Origin: Octopus sinensis
Taxonomy: Eukaryota
Direction of reading: 5' to 3'
Length of the DNA stretch: 64,000 nucleotides
NCBI RefSeq assembly: GCF_006345805.1
Contig: NC_043006.1
Coordinates: forward strand, 66,836,001-66,900,000
The notes under the pieces were generated by a model. That model ran no database searches. It worked only from the letters and a program-made list of their open reading frames with translations, and was not told the origin of the DNA. The translations under genes were made by a program, and so were the position numbers. Of this stretch, positions 27,566 to 39,010 are shown one piece after another (the first letter of the stretch is position 1; every line of letters begins with the position of its first letter).

Positions 27566-28255
27566 GTGTGTGTGTGTGTGTGTGTGAGTGTGTGTGTGTG
27601 TATGTGTACATTCGTTATTAGTTGTTTTTTCTGCTAATTTGTTTCTCTAAATTGCATATGACATCAAATCTGTTAATGCTTCTTTGTTTTTTAAAATAAC
27701 TTCCCAGTGTTCCCTTCATCATACACGCAGTTATCATATTCGGTTAAGATAGTTTCTTGATCTGTTATGTTTCCCTGCTTTTCCCTAATGAGAAGATCAC
27801 ATTGTTTTACATCATTTTATTTCCTCTGGAATAATACCAATGTTTTCTTCGAAACATATGTTGGAAGTATAAAGATTTGAACAACCCCTGCTTTTAACTC
27901 CATTTCTCGATTTATCTATGTCAAGCAACAACATTTCACTAAACCCTAGAATTTCTACCTTTATAAGTAGGCTATCACGTCCTTGGTACTTATGTAATGT
28001 TTTTGCTACCCTGGTAACTATTAATTTATTTTTTCACTATTATTTGTACACATTGAAAAACAACACATACATTTATATTTATATATATATATAATATATA
28101 TATATATATATAATATATATATATATAATTTGACTGCGGTTATGCTAATGCTAAATATAACAGTAGCAGTCGAACATCTACAAGTGTTCAGACGATTTCT
28201 ACTACGTATATACACATACACAAACACATGCACACACACACCACACACACACACA

Positions 28256-28329
<74 letters not shown>

Positions 28330-28337
28330 ATAAGTAC

Positions 28338-28387
<50 letters not shown>

Positions 28388-28671
28388 TGTTCCTTCTCGA
28401 GCCACGCCTGGCTCATAAGGGCCGGTTTTCCAGTTTCCGTGGCGTATAGGTCCCCCACCTGGACGGGGCGCAGGTGAGCTGCAAGATGCAGGAGGAAAGA
28501 ATGAGAGAAACTTGTGGCGAAATTGACAGCAGAAGTTCGCCATTACTTTCTGCCGGAGGCGCGTGGAGCTTAGGTGTCTCGCTCATAAACACACACACCA
28601 CCCGGTCTTAGATTCGAACCCGTGCTCCGTTGACCGCGAGTCCGCTGCTCTAACCACTAGGCCATGTGCCT

Positions 28672-28673
<2 letters not shown>
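28388..28673 (-). mobile_element. tRNA-derived SINE
   Basis: Head ggaggcacatggcctagtggttagagcagcggactcgcggtc...gggttcgaatct with clear A and B boxes. Confidence 0.85.
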
Positions 28674-28721
<48 letters not shown>

Positions 28722-29831
28722 GTACAAACATATACATATATGGAGAGAGTGAGAGAGGGAGAGAGAAAGACTTACATCTATATAAATATATATACACACG
28801 TATATATATAAATATATGCATATATGTATATGTATATACACACGTATATACGTAAATATATGCATATATATATATATGTATATATGTGTGTGTGTATGTG
28901 TGTGTATACCCACATGCATAACACACACATAAATGCACACGCATACACATGCACACACACACTTTACGAAAGAGCAAGAAAGGGAGTTTTTGAGACAGAG
29001 AAATTTCCCCGTTGCAATTCCATCGTGAATAGCACCTTCAGATTGGAAAGTGGCGCTTGTGTGTCGAAGCTTGTAAGACGTGGCGGCGGTAAGTATATAA
29101 ATAGATTTAAGTAACCGATTTCATTGTTGTCAATAATTTTCTGCTTTCGAGGTTGTCCGAATATTTAACAAAAGATCTTTGTCTCCTGATCTTGTTAAGA
29201 TATCTACTTGAATGAAAGCTAGAACTAGGTTCGTGATCTTCTGCCAAAGTGCCGCAACGGTTTGCAGAATCGATAAAATATCAATCTGCTGACTGACAGG
29301 AGGATCATTCGTCTCTGAACTGAATCGAAAGACGTCATTCAAAATCTCATCGAAATGCCGGAAGTGGCGGTGACTCTACGTACTTGATAAGAGATTCTCC
29401 GGTTTAAAATGTCGCCTTCTTATGCAAGACATTCAACTATTAACAACTGTCTACTCTGGAGTAGATCTTTTAAATTATACTTTTGTTTCAGTTTGTTTTT
29501 ATTAGTATTAATATTATAGATGTTTATTCAACCGTGGTTGATATTAAATTTCTTTCTTGTTCACCTCTTCTTCTCTACACAGACATACACAAAACATATA
29601 CAAACATTTGGAAACACGTATACATACATGCACATACACACACACACATATACATAAATACATATGGAAAGATAGATATATAGACGCACATAAGCACAAA
29701 CGCACATACACACACATACATATATATACTATATATATATAAATATATATATATATATAGATATATTATATATATATAAGGTGGCGAATACTCGTTATAA
29801 ATATCACAACCAGTGGCCTAGCATGTATTCA

Positions 29832-29880
<49 letters not shown>

Positions 29881-29887
29881 ATATATA

Positions 29888-29945
29888 AATGGCGGTGCCC
29901 CAGCATGGCCACAGCTCATGAGCTGAAACTGGAATCAATCAATCA

Positions 29946-29950
<5 letters not shown>
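29888..29950 (+). mobile_element. Ultra-short CR1 3' end (similar stubs at 42180-42240 minus and 42830-42875 plus)
   Basis: aaatggcggtgccccagcatggccacagctcatgagctgaaactgg(aatc)n matches the LINE terminus at 43205-43266. Confidence 0.75.
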
Positions 29951-29981
<31 letters not shown>

Positions 29982-30115
29982 CAGCTATAAGTAAATGGAT
30001 GGGATCAAGAGGTGGTATTCATCAACTTTTAGACATTATATTATGTCTATTTATTTATTTATTTAAGACAACAATTATAACAATATATATACATGTATAA
30101 TATATGCTTTACATA

Positions 30116-30237
30116 TATAATATATAAAATGTAAAACTACCAGTAATTATTAACATACATAACGTAGAGCTCTACTTTCTAAGCTCTACGTTATATATTT
30201 TAATCATTACTGGTATTTTTATGTTTTATATATTATA
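30116..30237. repeat. Imperfect ~120-bp palindrome abutting the CR1 3' end
   Basis: tataatatataaaa...taccagtaat...ataacgtagagc pairs with gctctacgttat...attactggta...ttttatatattata. Confidence 0.8.
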
Positions 30238-31365
30238 ACTTAGAATAACTTAGAAAGGTTTTGGCCAGTATTGGCCCAGGCCATGTCTAACTTAATAGCA
30301 CCACCTGGCGAAGTCTTTCAATTCACAAGGCCCATTCGAGCAAAGAGTTATTGTTTGCGGACGGATGGCACGTGGTCCAAGCCTTGGATGTATTTTGAAG
30401 GTGATGCCAACATCATTCGGACAGTGCTGATGGAATATTTTCCACATCATACAGATAATCTAGCGTTCACGGCGTCGTTGGAGTGAATAAAGTTTCAGCT
30501 TCTCTAGTCCACCCCAGTAGTCAAGGTCTGACATGCCATCTAACTTTTTTGTGATTGACCTTTGGGGAGCTTCAATTCTCATAATATTTTGTTTTGTGTA
30601 GGGAGACCACAGTGGACAGCAGTATTCAAGGTGGGGTCGGGCAAAAGTGGAGAAGAGAAGGATAATAGTGTGGGAATCTCTCGACTGGACGGTTCTGAGA
30701 ATCCAGGAACACATTCTGCAGACCATGTCAACTTTGCTGCTTATATGTGTAGCCCAGCTTATGTTGTTATCCAATGTTACTCCCAAGTCTCTGATGTTGT
30801 TGGATGAAAGAGAATTTCTCCAGAAGGAAGGGAGTATGGGAGTTTCAGAACGTCCTCCCTTCCAAAGTGGATCAGTTCGAATTTGTCTTCGTTTAGCAAC
30901 ATGTTATTCTTTTCCGCCCATTGGACAACAGCCAGTAGGTCTGACTGAAGGCTTATTCGGTCATCCACGCCATTGATGACCTTCTGGGGCTTGGAATCAT
31001 CAGCGAAGGTTCTGATGTTACTGTGTTTAATGGTGTCAGTAATATCATTTATGTAGATGATGAAGAGAGGTGGGCCCAACACAGTGCCTTGTGGGACACC
31101 ACTGCTGACTTTGGCTGGGCTGGATTTGACCCCTTCGACTACAACATGTTGGGTTCTGTTAGACAGGAAGCACTTGATCCACTGCATCAGCTTTCCAGTG
31201 ACACCAATATTGGACAGCTTTCTCAGAAGGATCTTATGATCAACCCTGTCAAAGGCTTTGCTGAAATCAAGGTAGATGACATCAGTGTTGGAACCCTCTC
31301 CCAAGGCTCTCAAAATGTCATCAAAATGATGCAGTAGCTGCGTCAGGCAATCTCTCCCATTACGG
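30238..31365 (-). mobile_element. 5'-truncated CR1/L2-group LINE (RT pseudogene)
   Basis: DVIYLDFSKAFDRVDH, GVPQGTVLGPPLFIIYINDI, FADDSK and RPHLEYCCPLWSP. Frameshifted, with a short repeat tail (ttctaag). Confidence 0.9.
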
Positions 31366-31560
31366 AATCCTAATGCATAATATTTTATACATGTTGTATA
31401 TTGTTATAATTGTTTTTTTTTAAATAAATAAATAGGCATAATATAATGCTTAAAAGTTGATGAATACCACCTCTCATCCCCTCCATTTTCTTATTGTTGT
31501 ATATATACATATATATATACACATATACATACATACATACATACATATATATATTATATA

Positions 31561-31663
<103 letters not shown>

Positions 31664-32035
31664 GTATACCGCATATACATCTTAGCTTCAGAAATTTTTT
31701 AAATCGAGTTCTAATATAATTCTACCTCTTTTTTGAACAGCTATGTTAAGGTGATTCACACAATTCAAGACACCAAGATACGGTGACATACACACACACA
31801 CACACATACACACACTGACGAACATTCATATGGGTTTATACCAGTCATAGGGCCTTCTGTTACAATCCGACTAGTCAAAGATGCTGCTGTGCAGAACTGA
31901 ACACGTGAATACTTAGTTAGAAAGGGAAATACGTAGCTATGCAGCCATGCTTTCCGCTTTAAATTATTGTACCCTGGCAGAGTACATGTTTGTAGACAGT
32001 TAGATAGATAGATAGACAGACAGATAGATAGATAG

Positions 32036-33587
32036 TTAATACCTCTGTATATGCGTTTTTAAAGAACAATGTTTTAGAGAAGCAGGGGTCGGCGGGCGCT
32101 TTCTATCTTCTCCCATCTTAATCATTTTTGTATCATAATTATTCGCCTCATTAATGTCTATGTCCAGCCCGCAAAGCTAACTTATCTATGTGCTGCCTAC
32201 ATGGCAAATTTAATGAATAAAAGCAGCTCGCTTACTCTCGAAACATGTGCCGTCAGTCGTCGGCTACTGCTACTGTGAGCGTCACGTCGCTTTGAGCTGC
32301 GTGAATAAGAGAAATAAAGGAGACTGTCTACAGGTAAGACTTTTTTTTTTTGGTTCGGTGGGGTTTTATTGTTGTATTATTTTTAATAGATACCTGCTGA
32401 AATCTAAACATTTTTTGTTTGCCTGTGGTGAGTCTAATTGTACTCACATTTTAGTGAGTTAAAATTGTTTTTGGTGGGCGTATCTTGCCAACAAAAAGTT
32501 TGTGTGTTTTGGTGGGTGTATCTCGCAACCTGTGCTGTAATTCTTTCCTTGGAGTACATAGTTTGCTGTAGTTCCTACTTCAGAGTGCTTGGTTTTGTTG
32601 TTGCTCCCAATTTTCAGTTGTGAAGTCGCTTTGAACTGCGTGAATAAGAGGGGAAAAAAGGAGACTTGCTACAGGTAGGACTTTTTGTTTTTTGAGTTCG
32701 GAAGGGATTTGTTGTGTTATTTTTATTAAATCCCTGCTGAATTCTGGACATTTTTTTCTGCCTGTCTAGTTGTACTCACATTTTAGTGAGTTAAATTTTT
32801 TTTGGTTTGCTCAGGTAGGCTTATCTACCCACCAAAATATTGTTTCTGTACCTGGTCTGCTGAAATTCCGGCATTGGAGCCCCTGATTTGCTGTAGTTCC
32901 TGCTTCGAAGTACATGGTTTTGCTGTTGCTACCAAGTTCCAGTTTGGGCCAGGAGTACCTGTGGCCGGAAGAGTGTGTTCGTCGTATCTTTTTTGTTTTT
33001 TTCTTACAAGACGGACAACAAGAACAACAAGAAAAGCACCGCTTTGGAGTGGGAGATTATCCCACCCAAAGAGTGGCTTAAACAGCAAGAGGGGAAGACG
33101 GTGGTGTTGAGAATGTATTCGAAAGTTCTCGAATCCATTGCCGTCTTCTCCACGGAGGAAATTGAAAAGGAATTAGCAGACTATCTCCCAACTCTGAAGT
33201 TTATTGCCCGGGGTGTCGGATATGCAACGATTTGGTTGCTATTTGACACTCCGGAGGAGGCTCGTATTTTTGCGAGCCAGTCCCTTGAGGGCAATAAAAT
33301 TTTGTTTCTTTCCAAGTATTGTGGGAGAAAAGTGACGAGGGCTTGGGTCTGTGGGCTGCCTTCCAGTATAGAACCAAGGTAGATAGAGGACACTATACGG
33401 CGGGGTCTGAGTGGCAGCAGCGACAAGCTCCTCAGTATAAAGCTGTTACTGGTGGCTGACTCGGTCGGGTCAAAAGTGGTTTTGACCCTGTGGAACCAAT
33501 CAGCAAATAATTTAGTCTTTCCGGACTATTTGACTATGGCTGGTTGCAGGTACCCGGTGATTCTTGAGGGTCAACCCCACCACCACC
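32036..33587 (+). mobile_element. ORF1-only element, copy A: 3' module of an upstream copy, target remnant, two leader copies, truncated ORF
   Basis: 32036-32223 matches the 3' modules at 33.7-33.9 kb and 37.15-37.35 kb. The leader is duplicated (32286-32620 and 32625-32990). ORF 33011-33578 is homologous to copies B and C. Confidence 0.85.
33011..33578 (+). pseudogene. L1/Tx1-type ORF1-like protein, copy A (ACG in place of ATG, one in-frame stop, truncated before the zinc knuckle)
   Basis: TALEWEIIPPKEW...RAWVCGLPSSIEPR*IEDTIRRGL...FPDYLTMAGCRYPVILEGQP. Confidence 0.8.
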
Positions 33588-33679
33588 CAAGTGTCACCCG
33601 AGGCTATAGTAGAAGACACTTGCCCAAGGTGCCACGCAGCGGGACTGAACCCCGACCCATGTGGTTGGGAAGCAAGCTA
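33588..33679 (-). mobile_element. 3' part of a split SINE head (insertion target)
   Basis: tagcttgcttcccaaccacatgggtcggggttcagtccc...ttgggcaagtgtcttctactatagcc; continues the 5' part at 39011-39043. Confidence 0.8.
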
Positions 33680-34055
33680 CTTTATTTCATAACATTTGCC
33701 ATAAAGACAGTACATAGAGTAAGTTAGCTTTGCGGGCTGGACGAGGACATTAATGAAATGAATGATAATGAAAGAAAGATGATGGGGATGGGAGAAGACA
33801 AAAAGCGCCCGCCGACTTCTGCTTCTCTGAAACATCGTTCTTTTAAAAACAAACACAAAACGAGGTATTAAACCTCTTACAATTTTGACAACTTTTCAAT
33901 TTTTGGACTTGACAGTCTATTACTAACAACAACATAGTTCAATAATTACATATGATATAAATACAATACACAAAGCCCCTCCTCCCAGACCTGGCTTACA
34001 CTTCCCTTAGGAATGCGCCAGCTCTAGGTCGGGGCCCCTCAAGGCGTATCACAAT

Positions 34056-35320
34056 TTATGACTCGTCCTCAAAATCATTTGTGCCCGCACCCTCCACCAT
34101 CCACCACGCCTCCCTCAGAATGTAATCGAGTTCCGTGTTAGCGTCGCCCGGGACCAAGCTATAATCCTCATTGAGCTCCTTCAGGCCAAGCGTCACGTCG
34201 AACGCCACGGCCTCCACAGCTACCTGCGGAGGCCATTCGGGGTCCTGTGTGAAGGCTAAAGGTGCTCCCTTATGGTGCTTTTCCATCACCTTTTCAATCT
34301 CTCCGCCTCTATGGAAGAGGATCAATACATCGTTTTTGCTCGGGTGCGGGATATTCAATTCTTTCGTTGGCGGCACAGTTCCCGCCAACGGTGTTTCTTC
34401 TCCTGTCGGTGGCACAACCTCAACCGACGTAGTTCCGGGACATTCCGGTACTATGTCACCGACTGCCGGTAACGTCCCGTTTCTCTTCCTCTTTTTCTTT
34501 TATTTTTCTTTTCAACTGAGGGAGGGTGCGTCTCCTCCGTGGCCGGAAGATTCACCTTTCCCTCCTCATCCCTAGGATCCTTTGGTGAGCACCTATTGTT
34601 GCTCACCTTCCTCTTTCGGCCTCTGTTTGAGGAGTCCTCCGCTTCCTCGGCCGTTTTCAGTCCCTCTTCTACAGGGGTTTCACTTAACTGTTCCGGGATC
34701 CTATTTTGTTCCCGGGGACAGTTCTTCTTTATATGGCCGGACTCCAAGCGCCGATGACACCTAGAGGGGCGACCCTCAAGCATCACCGGGTACCTGCACC
34801 CGGCCATTTTCAAAAAATCTGGAAGAACCAGATGGGCTGATTGGGTCCAAAGGGTCAAAATTGCTTTTGACCCAACCCAAACAGCCGCAGGAAGTACTTT
34901 CACATTAAGAAGCTTAGTTCCGCTGCTACCCAGACCTCGGCGGATAGTCTCCTCTATCCACTCGGGTTTTATCCCGGGTGTCAGCCCGCAGATCCAAGCT
35001 TTCGTCAGTCTCTTTTTTTGGTACGTGGGCAGGAATAAAATTTCCTTACCCCCCAGGGGTTTACTAGCAAATTTGCAAGCCTCTTCAGGGGTGTCAAATA
35101 GCAACCACACCGTTGCATATCTGACACCCCTGAAAATGAATTTAATTGTTGGCAAATACTCTGCCAGTTCCTTTTCAATTGCCGTCTTTTCGAATAGGGC
35201 GATGGTGTCGAGTGCCTTGGAGTAGGTTTTCAACACCACCGTCCTGTCTTCACGGTCTTTTAACCACTTTTTAGGCGGTATAATCTCCCATTCCAAAATG
35301 TTGTCATTTTTCATTGCCAT
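34056..35320 (-). CDS. L1/Tx1-type ORF1-like protein, about 421 aa (RRM-like region, CCHC knuckle, basic linker, acidic C-terminal domain); one apparent frameshift in a homopolymer tract
   Basis: KAWICGLTPG...LPDFLKMAGCRYPVMLEGRPSRCHRRLESGHIKKNCP matches the L1/Tx1 ORF1 signature (CX2CX4HX4C, second C changed by tgc>cgc). The span is 1265 nt, one base off a multiple of three. Confidence 0.7.
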
Positions 35321-35432
35321 GTTTTTTTTTTTTAAATATATTCAAAATAAGCTTAAAAAGCGAGAAGAAAAAAGTTCAAAAGTCCAAATAAAGTTCGATA
35401 GATGTTTTGAAAAAACAAAAAGGAGAAAGCAC

Positions 35433-35892
35433 GGATCTTTTCTTTTTGAAAGCCAGATTTTTCAGATTTTTCTAGTTAACTAAATAATTTGAAACTTCGT
35501 ATACTGGTAGAATGTGTCAAAAGAAAACAATAATTTCAACTAGTTTTTTTGACAAAAATGTATTTTATAAGTTTAAACGTAGTTTAAATCTGCGAATTTT
35601 AACCAATCGTATTGTCTGTTTTCATTTGAAATTATTAGCTGCATCCGTTAATGTGACGTAGATAGCTATTTTGTGAGTGGGTAAGCAGTAATGAAACAGC
35701 TGTGGTAGATGTGGTTATCATGGCAATGGTGGTAGTGGTGACAGTGTATGTGTATGATGGCAGCAATTATAGTGTTGGTGTTTTTGTAGAGGTGGTGGTG
35801 GTGGTGTTGGCGGCAGTGGATGATGATGATAATGATGATGATAGTAGTAGTAGCATTGATTATGTTAGGATCTCTCATGGATGGTAGTGTTG

Positions 35893-35924
<32 letters not shown>

Positions 35925-36119
35925 ATGGATCAAAACAGTTTGATTCAAATTCTGTGGTACTTATATATTCATACATACATATACATGTAGATGTATATAA
36001 CATATATATATTGTATGTAAACATCTTTTATATATATATAATGTATGCATCTATAATACACACACATTATAAATATATACACATATATGCATATGCATTA
36101 GAATATATGTGTATAGGTG

Positions 36120-36193
<74 letters not shown>

Positions 36194-36559
36194 GCATATG
36201 TTTGTATACATGTGTGGTAGCTATTTAGGACCTACACAAATTTTATATATACTCCACGAAGTTTACGATAAGCGGAGATGTTTACATTTTAGCTATTTAC
36301 ATGTTTACGTTAACTACGTCACAAAATAGCTGTTTACGTCACATAACAATATTTTGAGAAGCAGTAAATAATATGAAGCCGAAAGAAAGAATATCATTGG
36401 TTAAAATTCGAATTTTTAAACAACGTTAAACTTAGAAATTACAATTCCGTTTTCATTTTGGTTTACAATTATGTTTTCTTTTGACACATTCTACCAGTAT
36501 ACGAAGTTTCAAATTGTTTAGTTAACTAGGAAAATCTGGCTTTCAAAAAGAAAAGATCC
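35433..36559. mobile_element. Non-autonomous DNA transposon with ~240-bp TIRs and an 8-bp TSD (Mutator- or Merlin-like)
   Basis: Termini ggatcttttctttttgaaagccagatttt / aaaatctggctttcaaaaagaaaagatcc. TSD gaaagcac at 35425-35432 and 36560-36567. Confidence 0.9.
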
Positions 36560-37143
36560 GAAAGCACAACAGAAGGGAAGAAATCAACGGAAAGTCGCAA
36601 TAAACAAAAATACAAAAAGGGGAGTTAAATAAAGTTCAAAAGAAAGCCAATAAACATTAAAACACAGCAAAAATCTTCTGGCCTTACGGTACTCCCGGCC
36701 TGAGTTGAACCTGGAACGCCGCAACTGGAACACAACTTGACACAAAAATTTGTCCAAAAGGTAATCCAAAAGTGGCTTATTCTTATAGTTTTCTTGCGAG
36801 ATACGCCCACAAGAAGAATTCTCAATTCACCGTTACGGCCAAAATTTAACACTATTTTCAAACGAAAGTTTGGCAGGATACGCCCACCAAACCAATAATT
36901 TTCACAATTAAGTGAATATTTTCACTCAGCCTCAGGTAGACCAGAGTCTAATGAGGACTTCTTGCTTGTAAAAATAATTTGCAACATACAACAGGTCCCC
37001 ACTAGACCCCCAAAATTCTTACCTTACGGCTGAGTATTCAAAAGTCTTCAATTTAAGACGGCTTTCAAAAACACGTCTTACATCTACGGTGTCCAGCACC
37101 ACATTGACTTGCACATGCGTAGAAGCAACCTGTTAGCAAGCTA

Positions 37144-39010
37144 CTTTATTTCAAAACATTTGCCATAAAGGCAGTACAGAGATTAAGTTAGCTTTGCGGG
37201 CTGGAGGAGGACATTAATGAAGTGAATGATAATGAAAGACAGATGATAAGGATGAGAGAAGACAAAAAGCGCCCGCCGACTTTCGCTTCTCTAAAAAAAT
37301 TGTTCTTTTTAAAGATAAACACAAAACGAGGTATTAAACCTCTTTCAATTTTCCAATTTTTGGACTTAGCAGTCCATTACTAATAATAACAGTTCAATAA
37401 TTACATATCGTCCTCGAAATAGCTTGTGCCCGCGCCCTCCACCATCATACACGCCTCCCTCAGAACGTATTCAAGTTCCGAGTTCGCGTCGCCCGGGACC
37501 AAGCTATAATCTTCATTGAGCTCCTTTAGCCCAAGCGTCACGTCGAACGCCACGGCCTCCACAGCTATCTGCGGAGGCCATTCGGGGTCCTGTGTGAAGG
37601 CTAAAGGAGCTCCCTTGTGGTACTCTTCCATCATTTTTTTTTTCAATTTCTCCTCCTCTATAGAAGAGGACCAATACGTTCAGTTCTTTTGTTGGCGGCA
37701 CAGTTCCCGCCAACGTCTGCGGCTCATGGATATCAGCCGCCCGACCTTTCTTTCTTTTTCTCCTCCTTCTTTTGGGGGAGACTGCTGACCCAGGGGACTC
37801 CGTCACCAGACACGGGGGATCGCTATCCCCCTCCGCCACCTGAGCGTTCTTTGGCGAGCAGCCATTCTTGCTCGCCTGTTTCTTTCTTTTCGTGGAGGCA
37901 ACCTCCTCCACGACTTCCACCGTCTCCCCCTCAAATGAGGGGGCGGCGGGCGCCTTTTCCCCTTCATGCTCCGGGGCACCACCTGTGCCCATCCATTCTC
38001 AGGATACCGGGAATTTCATTTCTCCCACGGCCACCGGTGTCCTCAGGGTCAAAGTTGCCTTTGACCCCTCCCAGGCGACCGCGGGAGCCATTTTCACACT
38101 CAGTAGCCTGGGTCCGCTATCTCCCAGGCCTCGCCGGATGGTCTTCTCGATCCATTCCGCCTCCGTGCCTGGGGGCAGCCCACAAACCCAGGCTCTTTTT
38201 ACTTTTCTGCCACAATACGAGGGGAGGAACAAAATTTCCTCTCCCTCCAGTGGCTCGCTAGAAAATCTGCTAGCTTCCTCGGGGGTACCAAACAGCAACC
38301 ACACCGTTGCAAATTTACTCCCCCGAGAAATAAACTTTATCGTTGGTAGGTGGTCCCCCAACTCTTTCTCTATGGTGCTCCTGTCGAAGAGGGCGATAGC
38401 TCCACGCGACCTAGAATAGGTTCGTAGGACTACCGTCCTCTTCTCAAGACTTTCAATCCACTGCTTGGGTGGGACAACCTCCCATTCCAAAGCAGTGGTT
38501 TCTTTTGTTGCCATGATTTTGAAAACAAGTTCAACTAAAAGTTCAAAGTCCAATAAGAAAAAAACACAATGACAGAACAGAAAGACAGAACAGAGAAAAG
38601 GACGAAGGAAGACAGTTCAAATAATGGCAACACAGTTCTGCAACTGGTAATCCTCACGAAACATGGTACTCCTAGTTGCAGCACACTTGGTTCTCCGTGG
38701 TAAATCCAAGCGAACAAATTAATTTTTGAGGAGGGGCTATGCCTCTTCAAAATACACAATTCTCACTAAAAGGTGAGACAATAAATACGTCAACAGGCAG
38801 AACAAATACATCCGAAGCAAAGTGAAGCTTATTACGCGCAGAAAAGTGTTAACACTAATTAACATTAATGCCAAAAAAGTATTAACGGCAAGCAATAAAC
38901 CTCACTATGCTTCCAAAAATATCCAAAATGTCCTACCTGTTGCCGTAAAATGTTCAATAATTCACGTTAACACGTGACATTTGCCGGAGCAAAAAACAGC
39001 ACGTCTGTCT
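37144..39010 (-). mobile_element. ORF1-only element, copy C
   Basis: Leader 39010-38515, ORF 38514-37401, 3' module 37400-37144. Confidence 0.85.
37401..38514 (-). pseudogene. ORF1-like protein, copy C (knuckle region deleted, one stop, one poly-A frameshift)
   Basis: MATKETTALEWEVVPP... at the N-terminus and HKGAPLAFTQDPEWPPQ... at the C-terminus. Confidence 0.8.

Larger units (their letters stand above)
33680..37131 (-). mobile_element. ORF1-only element, copy B (leader interrupted by the DNA element at 35433-36559)
   Basis: Leader with ttggtgggcgtatc motifs, ORF 35320-34056, 3' UTR/module ending in AATAAAG plus target sequence. Confidence 0.85.

Noticed and set aside
28600-28673. tRNA gene candidates (also 2190-2250, 4795-4845, 19130-19190)
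   Set aside because: They continue into SINE or PLE bodies and lack a complete cloverleaf and terminator.
32092-32216. HDV-like ribozyme reading of the 3' module (P1 GCGGGC/GCCCGC, TCCTCGT loop, GCAAA, TCATTAA/TTAATGA)
   Set aside because: P3 cannot form and the P1.1 GG is absent in all three copies. Kept only as an unspecified structure.
32036-39010. LTR-retrotransposon (gag-only, shared LTR) interpretation of the tandem units
   Set aside because: No TG...CA ends, no convincing PBS, the protein signature is LINE ORF1-like, and ~13-bp target duplications lie between units.
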